Made by a program: the position numbers and the translations under genes
Shown: positions 10,258 through 19,830 of the stretch, piece after piece
Layout: each line of letters begins with the position of its first letter
Position numbering within the stretch: position 1 is the stretch's first letter
From: Sorangium sp. So ce388
GTDB lineage: Bacteria; Myxococcota_A; Polyangia; Polyangiales; Polyangiaceae
Direction of reading: 5' to 3'
DNA length: 64,000 nucleotides
NCBI RefSeq assembly: GCF_051474125.1
Contig: NZ_CP150338.1
Coordinates: 9,350,583-9,414,582 of the forward strand
Notes under the pieces: model-generated
Database searches by the model: none
What the model was told of the DNA's origin: nothing
The model's input: only the letters and a program-made list of their open reading frames with translations

Positions 10258-11187
10258 ATGCCTCGCCCCGCCTCTTCCCCCTTCGCGGGCGTGTTCCCCG
10301 TCGCGCCGACGCCCTTTCTGGAGAATGGCGATCTCGATCTGAACGGCCAGCGCCGGGTGCTCGACTGCATGGTCGACCAGGGCGTTGACGGCATCTGCAT
10401 CCTGGCCAATTACTCCGAGCAGTTCCTGCTCACCGACGCGGAGCGGGAGACGCTCACGACGCTTTGCCTCGACCATGTCGCCGGGCGCGTGCCGGTGATC
10501 GTGACGGTCAGCCACTTCTCGACCCGCATCGCCGCCGAGCGCGCCCGCCGCGCCGCCGCCGCCGGCGCGAGCCTCCTCATGCTGATGCCGCCCTATCACG
10601 GCGCCGGGCTCAAGGCCGATGAGACCGCCATGGTCGAGCACTTCGCTGCCGTCGCGGAGGCCGGGCGGATCCCGATCATGGTCCAGGACGCGCCCCTGAG
10701 CGGCGTCGCGCTGTCGGTGCCGTTCCTCGTGCGCCTCGCCCGCGAGGTCCCGGAAGTCTGCTACTTCAAGGTCGAGGTGCCCGGCACCGCCGCGAAGCTG
10801 CGCGCCCTGATAGAGACCGGCGGCGACGCCATCGAAGGACCCTTCGACGGCGAGGAATCGATCACCCTCATGGCGGATCTCGACGCCGGGGCGACCGGCA
10901 CCATGTCGAGCGCTCTCTTGCCGGATCTCATCAAGCCGGTGGTGGAGCATCACCGGGCCGGGCGGCGCAAGGAGGCGGCAGCGGAATATGCGCGCATTCT
11001 CCCCCTCATCAACTACGAGAACCGCCAGTGCGGCCTGCGCGCCGCCAAGGCGGCGATGGCCGAAGGCGGCGTGATCCGCAGCGATGCCGTCCGCCACCCC
11101 CTCGAGCCGCTCCACCCGGCGACCCGGGCGGGTCTCCTCGAGATCGCCAGGGAGCTGAGCCCGCTCGCGCTCCGCTGGGGCCGGTGA
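10258..11187 (+). CDS. DapA/DHDPS-family aldolase (2-keto-3-deoxy sugar-acid aldolase-like).
   Basis: The FAGVFPVAPTPF...DLD...VDGI motif fits the N-acetylneuraminate lyase/DapA TIM-barrel family. A GGAG SD lies 9 nt upstream. The gene follows the dehydratase immediately, an operon arrangement analogous to yjhG-yjhH. Confidence 0.8.
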   Translation: MPRPASSPFAGVFPVAPTPFLENGDLDLNGQRRVLDCMVDQGVDGICILANYSEQFLLTDAERETLTTLCLDHVAGRVPVIVTVSHFSTRIAAERARRAAAAGASLLMLMPPYHGAGLKADETAMVEHFAAVAEAGRIPIMVQDAPLSGVALSVPFLVRLAREVPEVCYFKVEVPGTAAKLRALIETGGDAIEGPFDGEESITLMADLDAGATGTMSSALLPDLIKPVVEHHRAGRRKEAAAEYARILPLINYENRQCGLRAAKAAMAEGGVIRSDAVRHPLEPLHPATRAGLLEIARELSPLALRWGR

Positions 11188-11227
11188 GCGCCGGAGCCCT
11201 CATCAACGATTCCTTCTCGGAGGCGCC

Positions 11228-12543
11228 TCAGGCGTCGAGCGCCCGCCGCGCGGCGTGGCCCGGGCCGCGCGTGCGCAGCCAGAAGTACCCCGCCGAGGCC
11301 ACGAAGAGCGCCGCGCAGACGAAGGAGGTCGCGTAGCTGAAGCCGAGGAAGAACTCGAGCCACGAGAGCTTCGCCTGGCCGAAGCTCTTGTAGAGCAGCA
11401 GCGCCACGCTGCCGAGGTAGCCGAACGCGTCGGCCGCGGTGATCAGGAAGCCGGCCGTGGCCACCGAGCCCACGGCGGCGATGAGCCGGTCGAAGAGCAC
11501 GCAGTTGTACGGGACGTACCCCACGTAGAGCCCGAGGCCGACGCTGATCATCCAGGCGACCGGGCCGATGACGCCCGCCTGGTAGAGCGCGGTGCTCACC
11601 CCGGCGAGCACCGCCCCGGCGAGCATGATGCCGTGGACCGCGAGGAGCGCCGTGCGGTTGTTCCGGATCCCCATCATCACCGCGACGGAGAGGAGCGCGC
11701 CGATGGCCACGGGGATCTCGGCCGTCGTGAGGATGGCGGGCTGGTCGGCGAACTCGAGGGCATCCCAGATCTCGCGGGCGAAGTTGTCGCGGAAGTCGCG
11801 GTAGGCGGTGAGGACGATGTAGCCGAGGACCAGGGTCGCGAGCCCGCCGGCGTTCGCCAGGACGAACGCGCGCCGCGCGGCGCGGTCCATCGGCGCGCGC
11901 CGGGTCCGGAGCGCCTCGTCGGCCGCCGACGGGGGCGGGATCTGCGCGAGCATCCACACCGCGAGGAGCAGCGGCGGGAAAAAAAGCGCCCCGGTCACCG
12001 CGGGCATCCAGACCTCCGGCACGCCCCAGCCCAGCGTCAGCTTGCCGACCGTCTTCACGAAGCCGCTCGCGACGATGAAGCTGGCGCACAGGCCGGCGCC
12101 GAGCAGGTCGCTCACGCGCCGCCCCTCGAGGAAGCCGAAGACGAGCCCCCAGACCATCCCGAGCGGCAGGCCGTTCAGCACCAGGAAGAGCGCGGCGTAG
12201 GGCGCGGGCGTGAGCCCGAACAGCACGAGGGCGGCCTCGCTCACCCCGACGCACGCGAGGATGGCGAGCGCGCGCCGCTCGGGGCGCATCTCGGAGACGA
12301 CCTTGATGCCGAGGAACTTCGAGGCGCAGTACCCGAGCACCTGGGCGATGATGTAGAGGCTCTTCAGGTCCAGCGCGGGGAGCAGCGGCAGCGCGACGAC
12401 GCCCTTGAAGGTGCCGACCGCGAACGGCTTGCGGAAGGCGTACATGCAGAAGTAGGTCGCGAACGCCGCGAGCACGGCGAACGCCGTGAACACCGGCGCG
12501 GGCGCCCTTTCGAGCCATCTCGTCACGCTTCTCTGGGCCGGCA
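11228..12543 (-). CDS. Polytopic (~12 TM) membrane protein of unknown function, transporter-like.
   Basis: Hydrophobic helices run throughout. The start is chosen at the internal Met (MPAQRSV) because the upstream extension is an R-rich GC artefact. Confidence 0.5.
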
Positions 12544-12655
12544 TGGGAGCTCCGAGGGAGGCGCGAGGGTAGCCGCGGGTGCGCGGCGCGCGCATGACTT
12601 TTCGGTTTCGGCGAGGCGCGCGGCCGTTCCCTTCCGCCCGCGTCCGTGCGAGACA

Positions 12656-13225
12656 ATGGAGCCCGCACCGCGGCCCGGCTTCAACGAGGCGCCAGGCGCG
12701 CGGCCGGGAGGGCACGCCGTGGGAGATCCGTCACCGCTCGCCGCGAGGAACACCCTGGGAGACGCAGCGGCCCGCGGCCGGGACGAGCGGCTGCGCGGCG
12801 CGATCGCCCTGCTCGCGGTGGGGCTCGCCGCGGGGGGCGCGGGCGAGATCTCGTACGAGCAGCTCAAGCAGCGCTTCCGGAGCGCGATGACGCGCGATCC
12901 GGTCGACTCGCTCGCGGTGATGGTGCTCGGGTGCTCGTACCTGTTCTACCAGGCCGAGCAGGCCGAGAACCCGCGGTGCGCGCGCTACGTGGACGCGCTC
13001 CTGTTCATCACGACGTGCCTGTCCGGCGGCTACACCGACCTGTTCGCGCGCACCCCCGCGGGCAAGGCGATCGCCTCGTTCGTGACGACGTTCGGCCCGG
13101 CGCTGGCGACGTCCGCGCTCGGCGCGCCCGCCGGCGCACCGGCGCCGCAGGGGACGCAGGAGCAGGGCCGGGCGATCCTCGAGCGGCTGGACGGGATCCT
13201 CGAGGCGCTGCGCGCGCCGCGGTGA
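12656..13225 (+). CDS. Small 2-TM ion-channel-like protein with a K-channel-type pore-loop fold.
   Basis: The order TM1 (SLAVMVLGCSYLFY), pore helix plus filter-like YVDALLFITTCLSGGYTD, then TM2 is present. It is divergent from the 12-TM gene. The N-terminal part of the ORF-track ORF 11255..13225 is an artefact. Confidence 0.5.
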   Translation: MEPAPRPGFNEAPGARPGGHAVGDPSPLAARNTLGDAAARGRDERLRGAIALLAVGLAAGGAGEISYEQLKQRFRSAMTRDPVDSLAVMVLGCSYLFYQAEQAENPRCARYVDALLFITTCLSGGYTDLFARTPAGKAIASFVTTFGPALATSALGAPAGAPAPQGTQEQGRAILERLDGILEALRAPR

Positions 13226-13793
13226 GGGGTGCGCGGGCGTCGGCACGGATCGCGCTAGGATGCGCCGAGAGACGTGCGACCGGCCCCGAGCGGAAGCGCA
13301 CCACGACCGAGCTCTACAGTAGAGCGATGTCCATGACAGACCCATGCGCTCCCTTCCTCGGAGCCGACATGGCCTGAGCCAGAGCACGTTCGCGCGCTCC
13401 GCTGTGCCAGAGCGCGCCATCCACTTCCCTGAAAGGGCCTCAGGGAGAGCCTGAATCGACGTCCTTTCGCTGTGGCATAACGTCTCGATGGGACGCATTG
13501 TCGCCCTCGCGTGGGGCACTTTGCACCTCTGGACGTGCGCGGCGCGGCGTAACGTTCCTGAAAAGGGGGTGAAACACCGTTCCTCTCGTCCTGGAACACC
13601 CCTTGCGATGTCCGGGCGCGTCGGGGCATCGGGGCCCCGGTCATTTTCAGCTGACGCGGCACCGGACAGGCGCGTAACAGGCGGCCCGATCACTGCTGTC
13701 CCTCGTGCCCTCGAGCGTCGACTGGATCACGAAACAGGAGCGACACGGTTTCCCCGATGTGTCGTGTGTTTCGCAGAGAAAGGCGGAGGAGTC

Positions 13794-15557
13794 ATGCCGA
13801 ATCGTCAGGGATGGATCGACGAGGAGTACAGCGGCGGGCGTGGACGCGACGAGGAGAGGTCTGGGCGAAACCAGGGTCAGCGAGGGGATGAGGGATATCG
13901 TGGCGAGCGCGGGGCCGCCGGCGATGCTAGCTACGGACATCGTGGCAATTACGAGCAAGTACTCCAGCGAGACGATCATCGCCATGCCCGAAGCGGTCAG
14001 GACGAGTTCCGTCGGTCGGATCAGCGGGAGTTCGGCGGACGCGGCTACGAGGGTGAGCTCGGCGGACGCGGCCACGAGCGCGACCAGGGCTGGCGCGGCC
14101 AAGGCGGCGAGCGCGGTCACGGTGGCGAGCGCGGCTGGGAAGGCCGGCAGGAGCGCGGCTGGGGACAGCGCGAGGACTTCGGAGGCCAGCACCACGCATC
14201 GGGTGGCCAGCGCGATGACTTCCAGCGAGGAGGTCGCGACGATCTTGGCTCCAGGCGCGGCTACGGCGGCGGCCAGGGCGGCTTCGGTGGCGGCCAGGGC
14301 GGCTTCGGCGGCGGCCAGGGCGGTCACGGCGGCCAAGGTCACTTCGGCGGCGGCCAGGGCAGCTACGGCGGCCAAGGCAGCTTCGGCGGCGGCCAAGGCG
14401 GTTACAGCGGCGGCCAGGGCGGATTCGGCGGCGGCCAGGGCGGCTTCGGTGGCGGCCAGGGCGGCTTCGGTGGTCAGGGTGGATACGGCGGCAGCCAGGG
14501 CGGCTATGGAGGTCAGGGCACCTTCGGCGGCCAGGGCGGATTCACCGGCGGCCAGGGCGGCTACGGCGGCAGCCAGGGCGGCCAGGGCGGCCAGGGCTAT
14601 TTCGGCAGCGAGCATGAGCTCGGCGGCGGCCGGGGTGGTCATGGCGGGCAGGGTGGATTCGGCGGCAGCCAGGGCGGCTACGGCGGCGGCCAGAGCAACT
14701 TCGGCGGTCAGGGTGGATTCGGCGGCAGCCAGGGCGGCTACGGCGGCGGCCAGAGCAGCTTCGGCGGTCAGGGTGGATTCGGCGGCAGCCAGGGCGGCTA
14801 TGGCGGCGGCCAGGGTAGCTTCGGCGGCCAGGGTGGATTCGGTGGCCAGGGTGGATCTGGTGGCAGCCAGGGCGGCTTCGGTGGCCAGGGAGGCTTCGGC
14901 GGAGGCCAGCACCAGGGCTACGGAGTCCGCGGCGGCCTCCGGCAGTGGGCCGACGACGAGCGCGGCTGGACCGAGCGTTCCGGGCAGCAGCGCGGCTACG
15001 AGGGACAGGGATTCCGCGGCGATCAGGGCTCTTACCCCCAGTCGGGTGGGCAGGGCTTCGGCGGTCAGGGCCACCAGTCCGGCGGACGGAGCTTCCTCGA
15101 TACCGTTGGGCAGGGTGGAGGAGTCGGCGGTTCGCGCGGTCGCGCGCCCAAGGGCTACAAGCGCTCGGACGACCGGATTCGCGAGGACATCTGCGACCAG
15201 ATCTCCGAGCACCCGGACCTCGACGCGAGCGACGTCGAGGTGAAGGTCCAGAACGGCGAGGTCGTCCTCTCCGGGACCGTCCGCGAGCGCCGCTTCAAGC
15301 ACCAGCTCGAGTCGCTCGCGGAGCGGATCTCGGGCGTGAACGACGTGCGGAACGAGATCCGGATGTACCGAGAGCAGCAGCAGGGCGAGGCGAAGACGGG
15401 CTCCGGGCTCTCGTCGGGCGAGCGCTCCACCGCGTCCGGCACCACCGGGGGCCTCTCCGGCTCCACGGCGGGCGCTTCCGGCACCGCGACCTCCGTCGGC
15501 GCCACGTCGTCGTCGGAGACGAAGAACAACGAGTCGTCGCGCCGTAACGCCTCGTAG
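13794..15557 (+). CDS. Glycine-rich low-complexity protein with about 40 GGQGGFGG repeats and a C-terminal BON domain.
   Basis: ATG at 13794 with an AGGCGGAGGAG SD. It has an R/E/D/G-rich N-terminus, a 24-nt tandem coding repeat across ~14270-14900, and a C-terminal BON-like block (DASDVEVKVQNGEVVLSGTV....LAERISGVNDVRNEI). Confidence 0.65.
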   Translation: MPNRQGWIDEEYSGGRGRDEERSGRNQGQRGDEGYRGERGAAGDASYGHRGNYEQVLQRDDHRHARSGQDEFRRSDQREFGGRGYEGELGGRGHERDQGWRGQGGERGHGGERGWEGRQERGWGQREDFGGQHHASGGQRDDFQRGGRDDLGSRRGYGGGQGGFGGGQGGFGGGQGGHGGQGHFGGGQGSYGGQGSFGGGQGGYSGGQGGFGGGQGGFGGGQGGFGGQGGYGGSQGGYGGQGTFGGQGGFTGGQGGYGGSQGGQGGQGYFGSEHELGGGRGGHGGQGGFGGSQGGYGGGQSNFGGQGGFGGSQGGYGGGQSSFGGQGGFGGSQGGYGGGQGSFGGQGGFGGQGGSGGSQGGFGGQGGFGGGQHQGYGVRGGLRQWADDERGWTERSGQQRGYEGQGFRGDQGSYPQSGGQGFGGQGHQSGGRSFLDTVGQGGGVGGSRGRAPKGYKRSDDRIREDICDQISEHPDLDASDVEVKVQNGEVVLSGTVRERRFKHQLESLAERISGVNDVRNEIRMYREQQQGEAKTGSGLSSGERSTASGTTGGLSGSTAGASGTATSVGATSSSETKNNESSRRNAS

Positions 15558-15567
15558 CTCCGGCCCC

Positions 15568-15600
15568 GCAGAGGTCCGGCCAGGGTGGCCGGGCCTCTGC
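15568..15600. terminator. GC-rich stem-loop between convergent genes; candidate bidirectional terminator.
   Basis: gcagaggtccggcc-agggt-ggccgggcctctgc: a 14-bp stem with 1 mismatch, starting 11 nt after the BON gene stop and upstream of the end of the sigma gene. Confidence 0.4.
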
Positions 15601-15707
15601 GCCGCTTCGCGGCAGCTTGCTCGCGTCGAGCGCACCCTACCTGAGTGTAGGAATTTCCCAGGGAATCCAGGTGTCGGCGTCGATCGCGTGAATGGGCGAC
15701 CGACGGT

Positions 15708-16817
15708 TCAGCGAAGCTGCCTGAGCATCTCTTCGCGCTCCGCGGCGAGCTGCCCTTGCGAGAACTCCCGCGCGTGGGCCTCGAGCAGCCGGCGCGCCTC
15801 GAGGTCGGCCATGGCCTCGTGGGCCTCGACGGCCCTCCGGGCGTCCCGGATCAGGCTCCGCTCACGCTCGTTGACGGCCGATTGAACGGCGCTCGCCGGG
15901 GACGAGGCACGGGGCCGCGTCGTCGCCAGGGGAACGGGCTTGCTGCTCACCATGGCCTCGGTGCGCGCGCTGGTTCCTCCCGCCAGCGACGAGCTCTCGT
16001 CGGTGGCGGGCGTGGCGGGCGTGGCGGGCGTCGCGGCGGCCTGCACGCCGTCTCGGACGCCGGCGGCCGCGACGTCCTGCGCTACGGGCGCGGTCCCAGG
16101 CGCGCGGTCCGCCGTCCGCAACCGCGACGGTTCCAGGCTGGGCAAGGGGGGAACCGCAGCGACGAGAGCACCGGTCAGCACGACGATCGCCCCCTGGACG
16201 AGGATCCTCACGCCCAGACGGCGCAGCCAGGCCGGCCGCGACGCGCGACGGTACAGCCCCAACGTCAGCGGCACACAGGGGGTTTCTTCGTGTCCGCGCG
16301 AACGTCGCTGCGCTCTCCACCGTCGCGCCGCGAGCTCCAGCTGTTCCCAGCCTCGGCGGTGCTGCGTCCTCACCGTCGCCAAGGGGAGCTCCAGCTGGGC
16401 GGCGATCTCGGAGAGCGGGATCTCCTCCAGCTCGTGCTTGATCAGCAGAGCCCGGTATCCGGGGTCGATCCGGCCGATCAGGTCGCGCAGCACCTTTTCC
16501 CGCTGCCGCAAGCGGAGCAATTCTTCTGGAGTTGGGCACTCGCTCCGGAGCTCGTGATCATCAAACGACGTCAGCACCTCTCCCCGCCGGCGCGCGTCGC
16601 GGATGTGATTACGCGCCCGGTTGAGGACGATCGTTGTGTGGTACGGCGCCGGATCCACACCCAGCTCGGTCCGCTGGTCCGCTTCCAGCCCTCGCAGGAG
16701 CGCGTCCTGGGCGACGTCCTCGGCGCTTTGCGCCGGGACACCGCGACGCCTGGCCAGGCGTCGGTAGCGATCGAAGTCGGCGAAGTTGATCGGGGGCTTG
16801 CCCACGGTGGGAAGCAC
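15708..16817 (-). CDS. ECF-type sigma-70 family factor with a C-terminal TM/Pro-Ala-rich extension.
   Basis: Region-2-like (DVAQDALLRGLE) and region-4-like (IPLSEIAAQLELPLATVRTQHRRG) segments are present. They are followed by a TM helix (LVQGAIVVLTGALVAAV) and an extended tail. Confidence 0.75.
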   Translation of the reverse strand: MLPTVGKPPINFADFDRYRRLARRRGVPAQSAEDVAQDALLRGLEADQRTELGVDPAPYHTTIVLNRARNHIRDARRRGEVLTSFDDHELRSECPTPEELLRLRQREKVLRDLIGRIDPGYRALLIKHELEEIPLSEIAAQLELPLATVRTQHRRGWEQLELAARRWRAQRRSRGHEETPCVPLTLGLYRRASRPAWLRRLGVRILVQGAIVVLTGALVAAVPPLPSLEPSRLRTADRAPGTAPVAQDVAAAGVRDGVQAAATPATPATPATDESSSLAGGTSARTEAMVSSKPVPLATTRPRASSPASAVQSAVNERERSLIRDARRAVEAHEAMADLEARRLLEAHAREFSQGQLAAEREEMLRQLR

Positions 16818-17034
16818 ACCTGAGCCGCCCGAAACGCTTCAGGAAAATGCATCGGTCGCCAAGTTCGGCAGGATATTGTACTCCTTGTGCCCACACGGAC
16901 ACCTTCGGGATGCCTGGTGCTGGACGTCGACGCCTGCTTTACGGTCTCGTCCTATTTGTTCTCGCCAGGAACGTCATTTCACGGCCTTCCCGCGGATGTT
17001 GACGCCACGCGACGCGCGTAAGTACCGTCGGTGC

Positions 17035-18150
17035 ATGCGTTACGTTGCGCATGCGCTCTCACTTCTTCTCTCGCTGGGGGCCGTCACGGGCTTCACGAGC
17101 CCGGCCAGCGCAGAGGATGTCCATTCGAAGGGAACACCGAGCAACGGTTCATCCATGGTGAAGGACCTCGTTCGCCGTGGTCGGAGAGCGCGCGATCAGG
17201 GGCGGTGGACCGAGGCGCACGCCGCCTACAAGGCGGCCTTCGAGGCGACGGACCCCGCGTCCGGCACGGAGCTCGAGCGCGCCGAGATCGCTGGGGAGCT
17301 CGGGCTAACAGAGCTCGCGCTGCGCAAGTACCGCGACGCGGCCGAGCACCTGGCGTGGAGCCTCGAGCAGCGCGAGGCGCTTCCTCCGGCGCAGCAACGG
17401 AGGTTCGGGGAAGGACTCCGTAAAGTGAGGCCGTTCGTCGCGACGCTGATTCTCGCCGTGGATCCGCCGGACGCCGAGGTGTTCGTCGACGGCAAGGCCA
17501 TCGGCCGGACCGCGCGGACGTACAAGCTGTTCTTGGAGTCCGGCCAGCACATCGTGCGAGCCCGCGCGCCGGGTCACGGAGAATCGCTGCATGGCTTACG
17601 CGCCGTGGCAGCTGCGGAGCACGAGATCTCGATAAAGCTTCCACAGGCGGCGGTGAGCAGCGCCAGCGACAAGGCGCCGGCGGTGCCGAGGCCCGCGAGC
17701 GCGTCGCCCCCTGCGCGCGCGAAGGATCCAGGCCCGCCCGCGGACCCGTGGGCTTCCTGGCCGGGGACGCTGCGCATCGCCGGCATCGGCTTGACGGCGG
17801 CAACAGGCTCGCTCGGCGCGGTGTTCATGATTCGCGCGAGCACAGCGGATGGGGACCTGGAGGAGCGGAACAGGAGGCTCGACGCCGCGGGGGTCTCGCA
17901 GGGGATCTGTCGGGAACCACCGAAGCCGGCGGTGTGCTCCGAGCTGACGCGCCTCCGGCGAGCGCGCGACCTCTTCGCCGGGCTCGGCACGGCGCTGGTG
18001 GTGACGAGCGGCGTCGTGGGCGCCGCGACCCTGGCTTCGTTCTTCACGGATTTCTCCTTTCTGCGGGCTGAACCCATGGGAGCTCGGCTCGCGCTGACGC
18101 CGGCGGTCACGCCGGCGCAGGTCGGCCTCGTGGCACACGGCGCGTGGTGA
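17035..18150 (+). CDS. Secreted TPR-like/PEGA-domain protein with a C-terminal TM segment, paralogous in layout to 5531..6538.
   Basis: Signal peptide MRYVAHALSLLLSLGAVTGFTSPASA. Helical repeats are followed by a PEGA-like block (LILAVDPPDAEVFVDGKAIGRT...GQHIVRARAPGH) and C-terminal hydrophobic helices. Confidence 0.6.
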   Translation: MRYVAHALSLLLSLGAVTGFTSPASAEDVHSKGTPSNGSSMVKDLVRRGRRARDQGRWTEAHAAYKAAFEATDPASGTELERAEIAGELGLTELALRKYRDAAEHLAWSLEQREALPPAQQRRFGEGLRKVRPFVATLILAVDPPDAEVFVDGKAIGRTARTYKLFLESGQHIVRARAPGHGESLHGLRAVAAAEHEISIKLPQAAVSSASDKAPAVPRPASASPPARAKDPGPPADPWASWPGTLRIAGIGLTAATGSLGAVFMIRASTADGDLEERNRRLDAAGVSQGICREPPKPAVCSELTRLRRARDLFAGLGTALVVTSGVVGAATLASFFTDFSFLRAEPMGARLALTPAVTPAQVGLVAHGAW

Positions 18151-19793
18151 TCAGGGAGCAAGGCATGCCTCTTCGCGAAGTGCGACGAATGCGATTGCTG
18201 CTCACCGTGGGGGCCCTCTCCACGGGCGGCGCGGGCAGCCTCTCCGGGTGCGCTTACGGTGACGGCTGCTACGACGAGCGCACGTGCCTGTCGCCGCCGG
18301 AGTCTCTCTGTGACGGCGACCCGGCCACGGCGATGGCGCTCGACGCGTGCGGGGTGTTCGTCAGCGAGCAGGGCGACGACGACAGCCCCGGCACGAAGGA
18401 CGCGCCGGTGAGGACGTTACAACGCGCGATCGGCCTCGCCGCACACGTTCGAGGCAACGGCCAAGCGCCGACCCGACGCGTGTACGCGTGCGGCGGGGTG
18501 TTCGAGGAGGCGATCTCGCTCTCTCAAGGAGTCGACCTCTGGGGCGGCCGTCAGTGTGCCGGCGGCGACTGGTCCTACGGCGGGCCGCTCGACGAGCAGA
18601 ACGCGTCGACCGTCATCGCGCCGCCCGTCGGGATCCCGGTGCGGGTCGTCGGGGGGGACGACGCGGTCACCGCGGTGGACGACGCGACGTCGGTGATCTT
18701 CGGCGTGCGCGCCGTGGCGGCCGACGCCTCCGCGAGCGATGGCAAGTCGTCGATCGCGATGATCCTGGAGCATGGGGCCAGGGCGATCGTGCAGTCGAGC
18801 GTGATCCTCGCGGGCGATGGCAAGGATGGAGAGCCGGGCGAGGACGCGCCGAGCTTCCGCGCGAACGCCGGCGTTCTGGGGAACGACGGCGCGGACGCAT
18901 GTACGGCGAACGTGGCGCCAGGCGCCCTTCCGGTCGTGACGGTGTGCGGCGACGGCATCGAGTCGACGGGTGGCCAGGGGGGCGATGGTGGCCTCCAGGC
19001 CGGCCGCGATGGAGCGTCAGGGCTGCCGGAGCGGGTCGGGACTCCGGACAACATCGGCCTGGGTGGTAGTGGCGCGTCCAGCATGACGTGCACGGAAGGG
19101 GGTCGCGGAGCAGACGGCGCCGATGCGGAGCGCGCTGCCGGAGCAGTGGATCCTGGTCTCCTGGGCGTCGATGGATGGGTCGGCGTTCGCGGGAACGACG
19201 GGAAGCCGGGCGGCGTCGGTCAGGGCGGCGGTGGGGGTGGGGGCGGCAAAGGGCACGGCCCCATGAACGCGTGTTCGACAGGTCGTCCCCAGGGCGGTGC
19301 GGCCGGTGGATCAGGCGGCAGCGGCGGCTGCGGGGGCAAGGGGGGCAAGGGGGGCGGCTACGGCGGCGCGAGCATCGCGATCGCGGCCCTGCAGGGGAGC
19401 GCCCTCACGGTCGATGACAGCACGGTTCTCGGGGCCAAGGGCGGCAACGGTGGCGTCGGCGGAACGGGCCAGTGGGGAGGATTAGGCCCTGACGGTGGCC
19501 ACGGTGGGCACAGTCTTGGGCCCGACCCGTCGCGAGGCTGCGCCGGCGGCGGTGGCGGCAACGGCGGCCGCGGGGGCGATGCTGGCGGCGGTCTCGGGGG
19601 CCACTCGTTCGGCATCGGCTCCGTGGGCGCCTCTGTGGCCATCTCGGAGACGGCGACGGTCTCGCCCGGACAAGCCGGCACCGGGGGGCTCGGCGGCAAT
19701 TCAACCCCGGAACGCCCGCTCGGCAAGGGGCAGGACGGGACGGCGGCGTTCTGGTACCGGTTCGATGCGCCAGCGCCTGAACCGCCTCAATGA
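18144..19793 (+). CDS. Lipoprotein Z1 with a right-handed beta-helix-type N-terminal module and a Gly-rich (GGxGG) C-terminal region.
   Basis: Lipobox LSGC. The CGVFVSEQGDDDSPGTKDAPVRTLQRAI motif is typical of beta-helix (DUF1565-like) proteins. GGNGG/GGGGG tracts run toward the C-terminus. The exact start is uncertain (18144, 18165 or 18189). Confidence 0.6.
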   Translation: MVIREQGMPLREVRRMRLLLTVGALSTGGAGSLSGCAYGDGCYDERTCLSPPESLCDGDPATAMALDACGVFVSEQGDDDSPGTKDAPVRTLQRAIGLAAHVRGNGQAPTRRVYACGGVFEEAISLSQGVDLWGGRQCAGGDWSYGGPLDEQNASTVIAPPVGIPVRVVGGDDAVTAVDDATSVIFGVRAVAADASASDGKSSIAMILEHGARAIVQSSVILAGDGKDGEPGEDAPSFRANAGVLGNDGADACTANVAPGALPVVTVCGDGIESTGGQGGDGGLQAGRDGASGLPERVGTPDNIGLGGSGASSMTCTEGGRGADGADAERAAGAVDPGLLGVDGWVGVRGNDGKPGGVGQGGGGGGGGKGHGPMNACSTGRPQGGAAGGSGGSGGCGGKGGKGGGYGGASIAIAALQGSALTVDDSTVLGAKGGNGGVGGTGQWGGLGPDGGHGGHSLGPDPSRGCAGGGGGNGGRGGDAGGGLGGHSFGIGSVGASVAISETATVSPGQAGTGGLGGNSTPERPLGKGQDGTAAFWYRFDAPAPEPPQ

Positions 19794-19830
19794 ACCGCCC
19801 CGTACTGGCGGCGCACGTCAGGAGACGCAC

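Noticed and set aside
12646-13377. ORF 12646..13377 + (243 aa) and 12731..13693 - (320 aa).
   Set aside because: R/A-rich artefacts. The credible gene in this interval is the 2-TM channel-like ORF in the frame of 11255..13225, starting at 12656.
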